DNA of 58,657 bases from Promethearchaeota archaeon. GTDB taxonomy: Archaea > Asgardarchaeota > Lokiarchaeia > Sigyniarchaeales > SOKP01. The DNA is taken from NCBI GenBank assembly GCA_048941285.1, contig JBHLNS010000016.1, forward strand, positions 1-58,657, written 5' to 3'. Positions 48,252-58,029 of the stretch are shown one piece after another. The notes below the pieces were generated by a model. That model saw only the letters and a list, made by a program, of their open reading frames with translations, did no database searches and was not told where the DNA came from. Each line of letters starts with the position of its first letter. The stretch's first letter is position 1. The position numbers were made by a program, and so were the translations under genes.

Positions 48252-49418
48252 TTACTTTAATTCCTCCTCAACAAAAAAATTACGTTTATATGAAAGAGAC
48301 TCTAATATCTGATTGTCTCTTGATGTTAGCTTTTCTGTTAAAATACGACTTAGAAGTTCTCCTAATCCTGGACCCAACATAAAACCTTGGCCACACATTC
48401 CTACTGCATTAATATATCCTTCGATTTCATTAACTTTTCCGACAATAGGGTTTCCATCTAGAGTCATAGGGTAAAGCCCTCGCCATGTACGTCGTACTTT
48501 TATGTTCCTCAAACGAGGGAGAAGTGTGATCATTCTCTTTGAGATTTGAGGTAAGAATGAGCTTGTTTCCCTACGATCGATTCCTGGAATTTTTGGGCTA
48601 GGAGTTAAACAAAAAATAATTTTTCCTTCTTTATTTTGATAAAAATAATAATTCTTTGAATCTCCACACTTTTCATCTTTACATGGTCTAATATCCACTA
48701 TCATTGGAGTAAAAAAATTTTTTACGGGTTCTGTTATTCCCGCTTCATGTGATTCTGGTTCCACTGATATATCTAGATTAATCATAGAGCCAATTTCTCT
48801 TGCATGAGCTCCAGCAGCATTAATAATTGATCTTGTCTTATATGTAGCTTTAGTAGTTTTAACACCAACTACTCTATTTTTTTCTCTTAAAATATTTATT
48901 ACTTTTTCATTAAATTGATATGTTGCTCCAAAATTTTTAGAGTGGCGAAAAAAGGAGTGTAAAGACAATAAAGGTGATGCATTTCCATCTTGTGGACTAT
49001 AAGTTCCACCCAATAAGCCATTATTATTAATTCCTGGTACTAATTCCTTAATCTTTTCTCGATCTATAAAATCGATATTCAATCCATAACTTTTTTGGAG
49101 TTTTACAGTCTGTCTTAATAGATCCTCATATTCTTTAGTATACGCTAAGAAAGTATAACCTCCCTGAGACCACCAAATGTCATCTCCAAATTTTTCCTCC
49201 CAGTTAGAAAAAATTTCAATTGATCTCTGGCATAACCAAATTTTCCCTTTATGAGAATGAGTAGCCCTTATACCCCCAATAGCATGCTTATTATCCGCTT
49301 GGGCAACTGAAGGCAGTGAATCTATAACTAAGGTTTTAAGGTCATCATTTGCGGTAGCTAAAGCAGTTGGAACCCCTACACTTCCAGCACCAATGATAAC
49401 AACATCATATTCAACCAT
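48252..49418 (-). CDS. FAD-dependent oxidoreductase, proline dehydrogenase/sarcosine oxidase beta-like
   Basis: IIGAGSVG, INAAGA.A, R.W.GLY..T.DG.PIVG, GMCGQGFMLGPG. Confidence 0.85.
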   Translation of the reverse strand: MVEYDVVIIGAGSVGVPTALATANDDLKTLVIDSLPSVAQADNKHAIGGIRATHSHKGKIWLCQRSIEIFSNWEEKFGDDIWWSQGGYTFLAYTKEYEDLLRQTVKLQKSYGLNIDFIDREKIKELVPGINNNGLLGGTYSPQDGNASPLLSLHSFFRHSKNFGATYQFNEKVINILREKNRVVGVKTTKATYKTRSIINAAGAHAREIGSMINLDISVEPESHEAGITEPVKNFFTPMIVDIRPCKDEKCGDSKNYYFYQNKEGKIIFCLTPSPKIPGIDRRETSSFLPQISKRMITLLPRLRNIKVRRTWRGLYPMTLDGNPIVGKVNEIEGYINAVGMCGQGFMLGPGLGELLSRILTEKLTSRDNQILESLSYKRNFFVEEELK

Positions 49419-51503
49419 TTAGGGTTCCTCCTTCTCATTTTTAGCACAAGCAAATATGCCCATAGGTACTTCAATAAATAAAGGACGCTTAGTCCCTGGT
49501 ATTATGTCCTCAGTTGATAATCCCTCTTCTCTAAATATTCTTTCTATAAGTGGTGTACAAGTTTTTCCACCGCATGCTCCCATCCCTACTTTAGTTAAAG
49601 CTTTTAATTCATTGAAATCTCTTACTCCTGACCGTATCCATCTACGAATTTCTCCTACTGATACACGTTCACATCTGCAGACTATCGTGTCATCATCTGT
49701 GAATGATTTTTGATATAAATCTATTGGTTCAGTGATTTTTGTTCCTGAAACCTTAATTGCCACTGCCTTTTTAGCTACTTCGGAAGGCATTTTGATTGTT
49801 ATTAGTTGAGTCTTGGGAAAATCTTTTAATATTCGAGCTCTATGAATTTTAAATTTACCTAATTCTTCCTTGTTGCTCACAACAATTACTTCTTGTTCTT
49901 TTTCCAATTTACTTTCTGTTAATTCAAAAGGAAAAGTTACATATGGATTATCAGAATCCTTTCGATAATCAATTAATACAACAGCTAATCCCGGACAAAC
50001 AGCAACACACTTTCCACATCCAATACAATCTTTTTCGCCTTTAAAATATGGTAATTTCGTAATAAGACCATCAATAGTTTCAATTTGCTCTTGTTCACAT
50101 ACCGTTGTACAAGGATTACAAGGTATTTCTTGATTACAATAGAAAACAGGATAAATTCCTTCTTCTTTAAATTCTAAATCTAAACTAACAGGATGAGGAG
50201 GTTTTGCTTTCATAATTTCAGCAAATTTTTCTAATCGACCGATATCCTCTGATATCTTAATCCCAATCTTTTCAAGTATTTTAAATGCTTCAATTTTTCC
50301 AGTAAATATAGCTGCAGAAGCCTCTGCAATTTCTTGAGCATCGCCCGCAACCCAAACACTAAACCCAAACTCTTTTGCTTTATAATAAAATTCATCAACA
50401 GAGTTTAACCCTACAGCAATTAAAATCGTATCACAAGCAAATGTTCTTTCAGTTCCGGATATAATTTTAAAATCTTTATCAATCTTGGCAATGGTTATTG
50501 AATCTACTGATTTTTTCCCATTAGCAGAAACAATGGTATGACTTGTATAGATTGGAACTCCCAATCTTCTAAGTTTATCTTCATGGACTTTATAACCCCC
50601 ACATTGAGGTAATGCTTCAATTAAACCAATAACATCTATTCCTGCTTGAATTGCATGGTATCCAGCAATAAGGCCCACATTTCCGCCTCCAACAATAAAA
50701 ATCTTATCTGCTGCTTTTATTAAATCGCGATTAACTAAAGTTTGAAAAGCACCAGCACCATATACTCCTGGTAATGTGTTTCCGGGAAAAACTAACATCT
50801 TTTCTCGAGCACCAGTGGCAATTAACAAATATTTAGGTTTTACCAATGCATATTTTTTATTATCTCTTAAAATACCAACCAATCCATCACTAAATACTGC
50901 TAAACAGACTGAATTTAACCAGATATTGACAGTTTGTAATAAATTTATAGAATTTCCTAATATTTTTGCAATATCAATTCCTCGCTTACCAGCATATACA
51001 TCTTCTTGAGAGCCGAAAAATTTATGAGTTTGAAGAACTAATTTACCTCCAAGTTGAGCTTTATCATCTATTAAAATAACATTGATATTTTTTTCACCCA
51101 AGATTTTAGTAGCAGATAAACCTGCTGGGCCAGCTCCAATTACAAGTACCTCAGTATCTACAATTTCAGAATCTCCAACATCCACTGGATTGTCAATAGG
51201 TGGTAATTCTGGCAATCCATTACACGTTTCAATTATCATATTTTCTTCGAGAGGTGTCATACAAGCTTTTACTGGGATTTTGTTTACAATCACATTACAT
51301 TGAGCACATTGGCCATTAGCACAAAAAATCCCTTGAGGGCTATTGTCTTTTACATGATGACCGAATATCTTAATTTTGTTAAGAAAAAGTGCAGAAGATA
51401 TAACCATACCTTCAAATCCAGTTAAATTTTTGCCATCAAAACTAAAATTAATCTTTTTTCTTTCAGGAATTTCTAATACAGGATGCTCTGTTATATCTTC
51501 CAT
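49419..51503 (-). CDS. Fused [2Fe-2S]/FAD-NAD/[4Fe-4S]/BFD-like oxidoreductase subunit (proline dehydrogenase/sarcosine oxidase alpha-like)
   Basis: CANGQCAQC...C, GAGPAG, LGGKLV.QTHKFFG, ATGA.E, PCNPC..C, CIGCGKC...CP, CRCE, GMGACGGKTC. Confidence 0.88.
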   Translation of the reverse strand: MEDITEHPVLEIPERKKINFSFDGKNLTGFEGMVISSALFLNKIKIFGHHVKDNSPQGIFCANGQCAQCNVIVNKIPVKACMTPLEENMIIETCNGLPELPPIDNPVDVGDSEIVDTEVLVIGAGPAGLSATKILGEKNINVILIDDKAQLGGKLVLQTHKFFGSQEDVYAGKRGIDIAKILGNSINLLQTVNIWLNSVCLAVFSDGLVGILRDNKKYALVKPKYLLIATGAREKMLVFPGNTLPGVYGAGAFQTLVNRDLIKAADKIFIVGGGNVGLIAGYHAIQAGIDVIGLIEALPQCGGYKVHEDKLRRLGVPIYTSHTIVSANGKKSVDSITIAKIDKDFKIISGTERTFACDTILIAVGLNSVDEFYYKAKEFGFSVWVAGDAQEIAEASAAIFTGKIEAFKILEKIGIKISEDIGRLEKFAEIMKAKPPHPVSLDLEFKEEGIYPVFYCNQEIPCNPCTTVCEQEQIETIDGLITKLPYFKGEKDCIGCGKCVAVCPGLAVVLIDYRKDSDNPYVTFPFELTESKLEKEQEVIVVSNKEELGKFKIHRARILKDFPKTQLITIKMPSEVAKKAVAIKVSGTKITEPIDLYQKSFTDDDTIVCRCERVSVGEIRRWIRSGVRDFNELKALTKVGMGACGGKTCTPLIERIFREEGLSTEDIIPGTKRPLFIEVPMGIFACAKNEKEEP

Positions 51504-51572
51504 TTAGAATCTTCTTTAAAAATATAATTCTAAGTTTTATACAATAGCTTTAAATTAAAAATTTGTAACATA

Positions 51573-52844
51573 TTAAAATTTTGTTGATGACTTATTATTA
51601 AAAAGCTGTTTTGAAATTGATAATGCACAATATTTACCACACATTGAACAGATATCTTCACTAACGGGATGCTTTTTTTGAGGTTCTGCAGGATCTATGC
51701 TGCATTCAAATTGCTTTTTCCAATTTTTTTGAAATCTATAGTTAGAAAGATGAAGGTCATTATTAAATAAATGATTTAATCCAAATTTGAAAGAGTCACC
51801 AACATGAGCTGCGATACGACAAGCAATTAATCCTTGTTTAATATCATCAACAGAGGGTAGACAAAGATGTTCTGCAGGGGTAATAGCACACAAGTAATCC
51901 GCTCCAAAACTAGAAGCAAACGCACCTCCGATAGCAGCAGCAATATGATCATAACCAGGGGCATAATCTGCTGGAATGGGTCCTGAGACAAACAATGGTC
52001 TGTTGTTTGTTATTCTTTTACATAGTTTTAAGTATTTTATCAAATCTTTAGCTAATGCATGACCTCCCAAGCTTTCAATTATAACTTGTACTCCATTTTT
52101 ATTTGCTTTCTTCGCAAGTTTTGAATTCATTTTTACCTCAGTAAGTTGAAATTCATCAATTTCGTCATGAATACAACCGCTTCTCATAGCATTTCCTAAA
52201 TTTAATACCCCATCATATTTTTTAAATATTTCAAGGAGATAATCAAAATTTTTTAAAAATGGATTTTCAACTTCTTTTTTAGCCATATAAGCTGCAGTGT
52301 ATGAACCACCTTTAGAGACCATTCCCATTATCCTTTTACCCCTCATCCTATGTAATTCTTCAAGAGTAAAGCCAGAATGGATCACTAAAGAACTTATTCC
52401 ATCTTTTAAATGCTTTTCAATGACTTTAAAGATCAATTCATCACTTATATCTCCAATTGATTTTGTTTCGGAAATAACTTGATAGATTGGTACTGTAGTT
52501 ATAGGAACAGTTGAGCTATTTAAGATTTTTTTCCTAATTAAATCAATATTACCTCCCATCGATAAATCTGATATGGTATCGGCTCCAAACTTCTCTGCAA
52601 TTTTAACTTTTTCTAGTTCAATATCAACATTAGCTATTGATGTGGATGTGCCTATATTAACATTAATTTTTGTCCGAAAAGGAGAACCAATTCCTACCGG
52701 ATTGCTATTTATTCTTTTTATAATTACAGCTTGACCTTTTGAAACAGATTTTAATATCTTATTTATGTCTACTTTCTCATCATTTTTAACCTGTCTAAAA
52801 TCGTCTGTGAGATTTTTATTTAAAGCATCCTGTAAAATAGTCAT
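51573..52844 (-). CDS. ThiC/Bza family radical SAM enzyme (divergent)
   Basis: TKINVNIGTS, GADTISDLS.GG, TVPIYQ, PGYDHI..AIG, LC.ITPAEHL.LP, RIAAH.GD, CSMCGKYC. Confidence 0.85.
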   Translation of the reverse strand: MTILQDALNKNLTDDFRQVKNDEKVDINKILKSVSKGQAVIIKRINSNPVGIGSPFRTKINVNIGTSTSIANVDIELEKVKIAEKFGADTISDLSMGGNIDLIRKKILNSSTVPITTVPIYQVISETKSIGDISDELIFKVIEKHLKDGISSLVIHSGFTLEELHRMRGKRIMGMVSKGGSYTAAYMAKKEVENPFLKNFDYLLEIFKKYDGVLNLGNAMRSGCIHDEIDEFQLTEVKMNSKLAKKANKNGVQVIIESLGGHALAKDLIKYLKLCKRITNNRPLFVSGPIPADYAPGYDHIAAAIGGAFASSFGADYLCAITPAEHLCLPSVDDIKQGLIACRIAAHVGDSFKFGLNHLFNNDLHLSNYRFQKNWKKQFECSIDPAEPQKKHPVSEDICSMCGKYCALSISKQLFNNKSSTKF

Positions 52845-52947
52845 ATCTTTTTAAGCCTTATATTAAATTTCTTCTTATTTGAATAAAAAAGTAAATTGCA
52901 TTAAACCTTTATTGATTTAGTATTTAAATGTTTTAAAGAAAAATAGA

Positions 52948-55128
52948 TTATTGGTGTGGTTGTATGATTTTAATAACATCATCAAAATCAATTCCTAATT
53001 CTCTAACTTTTTCTATTGTGGGACAGCCATTTTGATTCCAACCCCTTTCTTTATAAACCGCGTCCTGGAGTTTTTTATATTGTTCTTCACGATGCTTTCT
53101 AAGGATATTGATCTTTTGTTTTGTAGACTTATTAGATATCTCAAATCCTAACTCTTGAAGTTGAGTATCGTATCGATCTTGGCGACTTTCATATTCTAAT
53201 GGTGTAACTGGACCCATCGCTCTATATGGAAAATTAGAATCTCCCTCACGTAGGCCTTGCCCTAATCGTATATTAAAAATTCTTTGAAAATTATATACTC
53301 TTTCTGACATCGTAATGAGATCATCTGGATTTGAATTCCTACCTGTTACTGCTGAAAAATATTTGGCATACCATTCAACATGATAGGGTATCCTTGCTTG
53401 GAGTAGTTCTCCTGTTTTAGGATCTTTAACAGGAAGCTCTTTATTCTGGGGTCCTATCGCATCATTCCAAGGCAATTTACAAAGTCCATTTAATCCGAAC
53501 CAAGTACGCCAATATGGAAACCAACGTAATGCCTTAGCTTTATCTTCAAAAGTAGGGATTGTGTTTCTAACCATATCCTCAAAAATTAACCATGCTTCAT
53601 CATGTTGAGGACCTTTTAGTGCTAATCCATATCCACCCTGTTGAGCCAGAGACTCTTTCGTAATATATTCTGAAAATTCTAACCCTTTATGTTCCATACC
53701 AATGTCTTGAAGAAAATGAGGATCTCCTCCATAATTCTCCGCAAAATATTTTTTCATCTCTCTTATTCCTTTTCCAACTATAACTCCAAATCCTTCTCCT
53801 TGCGCCATTTGGTGGAGTAATTCTAATGCTGCTTCTGCATTACCAAAATTCAGTTCGAGCCCCCCCGTTATTTCTTTATTTAGTATCCCTTCTTCATAGC
53901 ATTCCATTACAAATCCAATTCCAGTTCCCACTGAAATTGTGTCTAACCCGTAAGTATCACAATAGAAATTTACTTCCAATACCCATTTTATATCCCAAAC
54001 ACCCCAATTGGATCCACATCCAGCTATTGTTTCATATTCTGGTCCCTCAACTATCACTTCTTGACCTTTAAATGGACCCGTCATAACTTTGTGTCCAAGA
54101 GTGTAATGTGAGCAAGACATTGTACAACCAATCCAGCAGCCATCAGTCCCTTCTTTAACATGATAGACTTTCCGCATCTCTTCACGATTGTAAGGTATAT
54201 TTTTATCTTTAATCTCTTTATGAGATCCAAACCGAAAATTTTCAACGGGTAAAAGATCAACAACATTCATAATATCTGGCAAATAACCCGTCCCAACTCT
54301 CCTCATTTCATTCTGGGAAGGATCAATATCTACAATTTCTTTACTATGAACTCTACCCAATTCTCGCGCAGTTTCTAAATCAGCTGGATTATTAGATTTA
54401 ATTGTAATTTTGGGAGCTCGGCATACTAAAGCTTTTATATTTTTATTCGCAAAAACAGAGCCTATTCCGCCTCTCCCAGCTTGCTTAACAGAAGCATGTT
54501 TACGAGTTGTAGTATACCAAGAAAAATTTAACATCCCCCACTTTGAACGTTTAGCTGCTGGACCACTACTAACAACTGAGATTTGTCTTTTTTCAGCATC
54601 CCCTTTAGCAAATTTCTCTGTTAATTGTTGAATGAGTTCATGAGAATATTCTGAATACCCATCCGAATTTTCTACTTTTTTAATTTGAATTAGTCCTTCT
54701 ATTCCATCAATGTATATAATTACATCATCTTTAGCTTTTCCTTGAATTTCAATTGCATCAAATCCAGAAAATTTAAGATATGGTCCAAAATATCCCCCCA
54801 CATTGCTGTCTATAATTATACCTGTTAAAGGAGAAATTGAAGTTACGATAGATTTACCTGAACCAGGATAAAAAATACTTCCCCCTAAAGGACCTGACGA
54901 TATACATATTTCATTTTCTGGATCATCCCACTTGACTATTCTGTCTTGCGGAATAGAATTCCACATTAGCCATAAATCAAAACCTTTTCCGCCAATAAAT
55001 TTCTCTTTCATTTCATCAGAAACATACTTTATAGAAATCTCATTTTTTGTAAGATTAATATGTAATGTTCGATTAGCATACCCTTTTTGGACTTCTTGGA
55101 TTCCATATTTCATTTCTTCCAAAATCAT
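52948..55128 (-). CDS. Aldehyde:ferredoxin oxidoreductase family (second, larger WOR type)
   Basis: SPLTG..DSNVGG, QAGRGG.G, CWIGC..SC, GPEYET, GLDTIS, GPQHDEAW, GLCKLPW, YKERGW. Confidence 0.92.
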   Translation of the reverse strand: MILEEMKYGIQEVQKGYANRTLHINLTKNEISIKYVSDEMKEKFIGGKGFDLWLMWNSIPQDRIVKWDDPENEICISSGPLGGSIFYPGSGKSIVTSISPLTGIIIDSNVGGYFGPYLKFSGFDAIEIQGKAKDDVIIYIDGIEGLIQIKKVENSDGYSEYSHELIQQLTEKFAKGDAEKRQISVVSSGPAAKRSKWGMLNFSWYTTTRKHASVKQAGRGGIGSVFANKNIKALVCRAPKITIKSNNPADLETARELGRVHSKEIVDIDPSQNEMRRVGTGYLPDIMNVVDLLPVENFRFGSHKEIKDKNIPYNREEMRKVYHVKEGTDGCWIGCTMSCSHYTLGHKVMTGPFKGQEVIVEGPEYETIAGCGSNWGVWDIKWVLEVNFYCDTYGLDTISVGTGIGFVMECYEEGILNKEITGGLELNFGNAEAALELLHQMAQGEGFGVIVGKGIREMKKYFAENYGGDPHFLQDIGMEHKGLEFSEYITKESLAQQGGYGLALKGPQHDEAWLIFEDMVRNTIPTFEDKAKALRWFPYWRTWFGLNGLCKLPWNDAIGPQNKELPVKDPKTGELLQARIPYHVEWYAKYFSAVTGRNSNPDDLITMSERVYNFQRIFNIRLGQGLREGDSNFPYRAMGPVTPLEYESRQDRYDTQLQELGFEISNKSTKQKINILRKHREEQYKKLQDAVYKERGWNQNGCPTIEKVRELGIDFDDVIKIIQPHQ

Positions 55129-55290
55129 AGAATTTCACTCATATAAGTTCTGATCATTAAATTAAAATATTCTATTTAGACTATGGATGATTTAATGAGA
55201 CTTTAGAATTAAATATTATTTACCTTAGTTGAAAAATAAAACAAGTATTAAAAAATGTATTATGGTTGTATTGATTGAAATAGAGCTGTT

Positions 55291-55860
55291 TTAAACCTTT
55301 TCAGCTAATTCTTTGGCCCATTTACGAATCTCTTCCCAATTTCTTGAATCGAAAACTCCTGGCTCTGTTTCTTTAAATCCTGCTGGTTTAAAATTTTCTT
55401 TTTCAGCATCTAAGAATTTACTATAGATTTTACCCATTTGATTAAAATCCCAGACACCTCCAAACATCGTCATTGAGATTGGGTTCAAATAATGTTTAGA
55501 AGCTTTATCTTCGAGATATTTTTTTGTGATTCTACTAATTTCCTCGTGTTCTCCTTTATACTCCATAAGTGCTCTCCCACCTGAAGATACAAATATAGCT
55601 ACTTTTTTTTCCTTGAGTTCTTTACTAAATTTTTTTAAAAAATCGTTAGCTTTACCTGTCCATCTATCTATTTTCATTCCACTACCAATTATTACTAGTT
55701 CAAATTCAGAGATATCTTTGACCTTCTCATTTTTGAGATTTACAACTTTTACCTCATGTCCTTCTTCTTGAAAAACTTTCGCAATTTCTTCTGCAGTACC
55801 AGCTGTCGCTCCATAACGAGTACCATAAGCAATTAACACTTTCTTTTTTTCCATTTTCAA
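55291..55860 (-). CDS. Flavodoxin-domain protein (HemG/Flavodoxin_5-like)
   Basis: IAYGTRYGAT..AE.IA, IIGS, FGG, DSRNWEEI..WA. Confidence 0.85.
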   Translation of the reverse strand: MKMEKKKVLIAYGTRYGATAGTAEEIAKVFQEEGHEVKVVNLKNEKVKDISEFELVIIGSGMKIDRWTGKANDFLKKFSKELKEKKVAIFVSSGGRALMEYKGEHEEISRITKKYLEDKASKHYLNPISMTMFGGVWDFNQMGKIYSKFLDAEKENFKPAGFKETEPGVFDSRNWEEIRKWAKELAEKV

Positions 55861-55951
55861 TCCCTTTTTTTATACAACCATATATCTTTGAAAATAAAAA
55901 TATTTTTTGATATAAGCAATTTTTATATATAAATTATAATTATCATACTAC

Positions 55952-56458
55952 ATGCCAGGATTAGCTCATTTTGGTATAGGTTTAGCCGCCAAACGATTTA
56001 CACCTAAAATTCCCCTCTGGGCTTTATTAATAGCTGCTATGTTCATTGATATCTTATCTTTTATATTCACATCAGCAGTTTGGATCTCACATGGGCTTTT
56101 TATGTCAGTTATTTGGTCTATTATTGCTATGATAATGACAGCTCTTATCACATACTACCTAAATTCAAAAAAAGAACAAAATAAAGGAACCAAATCATTC
56201 AACTGGAGAAATATAAACTTTAATATAACTATGGTTATGGGACTAATTGTTTTTAGCCACTGGATTTTAGACTTCATTGGTTGGCCAATGACTTTCATTG
56301 GTTTAAACGATATTGGAACGCCACTTCTTTTTAATGATGCAGTTAACATAGGTCTTGGTGTTTATACCACTTGGTTTGGAGCTTTATTAATGGATTTAGG
56401 AGTATTTGTCGTAGGACTTTTACTATATATCCATTACTTAAAGAAAGGTAAAAAATGA
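55952..56458 (+). CDS. Membrane-bound metal-dependent hydrolase-like protein (YdjM/DUF457-like)
   Basis: N-terminal H, D.L, SHG.F, SHW.LD motifs across four TM helices. Confidence 0.7.
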   Translation: MPGLAHFGIGLAAKRFTPKIPLWALLIAAMFIDILSFIFTSAVWISHGLFMSVIWSIIAMIMTALITYYLNSKKEQNKGTKSFNWRNINFNITMVMGLIVFSHWILDFIGWPMTFIGLNDIGTPLLFNDAVNIGLGVYTTWFGALLMDLGVFVVGLLLYIHYLKKGKK

Positions 56459-56478
56459 AAGAAATACAAAAAATTATA

Positions 56479-57819
56479 CTATTTTATTAAAAATTTTTTT
56501 ATAAAATCATCGAGAACTTCTTCAATCGTTGGACTTCCAATTGATTCTATATCATATGATACTTTTACAATTGGCTTATTTGTTTTTATTAATTTGGTCA
56601 GGTCTATAGGACTTCCATTCAATATAATATCCGCTTTCACATTGTTTAGGGTTTTTTCTAGATCTTCTATTTGTTGGTCAGTATAACCCATAGCTGGTAT
56701 AATTTGGGTAATTTGAGGGAAATCTTCGAATACATCTTTCATAGAACCAACTAAAGCTTTTCTAGGATCCACAATCTTTGCTTCTGCATTTTTAGCAGCA
56801 ACATATGCGGCTCCAATTGACATTCCTCCATGAGTTAAGGTTGGACCATCCTCTACGACCACAACTTTCTTTCCCTTTAGTTTTAGTGGATCTTCTGCCT
56901 TAACTACGGAATTTGTATAGACCTTTATAGCGTTTGGATTTAGTTCGTCAAGGTTTTTCTCTACAATTTTGACATCTTCTGGTTTTGCACTATTCATTTT
57001 GTTTATTACAAATGCGTCTGCATATTTTGCATTTACTTCTCCTGGATGGTACTTAAGCTCATGACCAGGTCTTAATGGATCAGTGACAACAAAAAGTAAA
57101 TCTGTAATATAGAAAGAAATTTCATTATTTCCGCCATCAAATATAATTACGTCAGCTTCCTTCTCAGCTTCCCTGATTATCTTTTCATAATCTACTCCAG
57201 AATAAATGATTAAACCTTGCCTAATGTATGGCTCATACTCTTCGCGTTCCTCGATAGTACAATCATATTTGTCAAGATCCTCATATTTCTCAAACCTCAT
57301 GACATTTTGCTGGACTAAATCACCATATGGCATTGGTTCACGAATTGCTACAACTTTATATCCCTTACTCTTTAAATATCGATATGTAGCTCGAGAGACT
57401 TGACTCTTTCCACAACCAGTTCTCACGGCACATATAGCAACTACAGGCTTATTAGCTTTGAGTTGGGTGAATCTTCCAGAAATTAATCGGTAATTCGCAC
57501 CTGCAGCAAGAGCTCTTGAGGCTTTATGCATTACTTCCTCATGGGATACGTCAGAATAAGCAAATACTACTTCATCTACCTCATATTTTTTTATATAATC
57601 CTCAAGTAAATCTTCTGAAACCATTGGAATTCCATTAGGATATAATTTACCAGCCAATACTGCGGGAAATTTCCTTTCAGCCTCATCTGTAGTACCTACA
57701 TTTTGCTCTCCAGCAATAGTAAATGCTATAACATCATATTCTTCATTGTCTCTAAAGACTGTGTTAAAGACGTGAAAGTCCATCCCTAGAGCGCCAATGA
57801 TAATAACTTTTTTTCTCAT
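56479..57819 (-). CDS. arcE: ArcE-like arginine synthetase (cPGS-related P-loop protein often annotated as GTPase)
   Basis: DFH.FN..FR.N..Y.V.AFT, LAG.LYP.GIP, FAYSDVSH..VMH, AVRTGCGKSQ, PMPYGDL, CTIEEREEYEP, DGGNN, HPGE.N, EDGPTLTHGGM; in the same region as arcB, arcC and rocD. Confidence 0.8.
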   Translation of the reverse strand: MRKKVIIIGALGMDFHVFNTVFRDNEEYDVIAFTIAGEQNVGTTDEAERKFPAVLAGKLYPNGIPMVSEDLLEDYIKKYEVDEVVFAYSDVSHEEVMHKASRALAAGANYRLISGRFTQLKANKPVVAICAVRTGCGKSQVSRATYRYLKSKGYKVVAIREPMPYGDLVQQNVMRFEKYEDLDKYDCTIEEREEYEPYIRQGLIIYSGVDYEKIIREAEKEADVIIFDGGNNEISFYITDLLFVVTDPLRPGHELKYHPGEVNAKYADAFVINKMNSAKPEDVKIVEKNLDELNPNAIKVYTNSVVKAEDPLKLKGKKVVVVEDGPTLTHGGMSIGAAYVAAKNAEAKIVDPRKALVGSMKDVFEDFPQITQIIPAMGYTDQQIEDLEKTLNNVKADIILNGSPIDLTKLIKTNKPIVKVSYDIESIGSPTIEEVLDDFIKKFLIK

Positions 57820-57905
57820 ACAAAGAAACCTTTAAATGATAATCTTTAGTTGATCATCATAAGTAATTTGGTACTAATTATTAAGATTATCAATTCTACT
57901 AAGGG

Positions 57906-57922
57906 AATGATGACCCATCATT
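57906..57922. promoter_or_regulatory. Palindrome AATGATG-ACC-CATCATT upstream of the arcE-like gene
   Basis: Perfect 7-3-7 inverted repeat about 90 bp upstream of the start codon, next to a TTTATA element on the minus strand. Confidence 0.4.
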
Positions 57923-58029
57923 AACTACAACTATAAATAAAACACTAATCTCAAGTTTTAAAAATAAATTCTAAGAAATTGATAATTATTAGTTTAAATG
58001 CGGTAAAAGAATTCGCAGGAGATTATTGA

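Noticed and set aside
3500-57403. Numerous 60-140 aa ORFs overlapping larger genes (e.g. 8015..8317, 16972..17304, 23540..23962, 27577..27945, 40967..41227)
   Set aside because: All lie antisense or out of frame within well-supported genes and show no family motifs.
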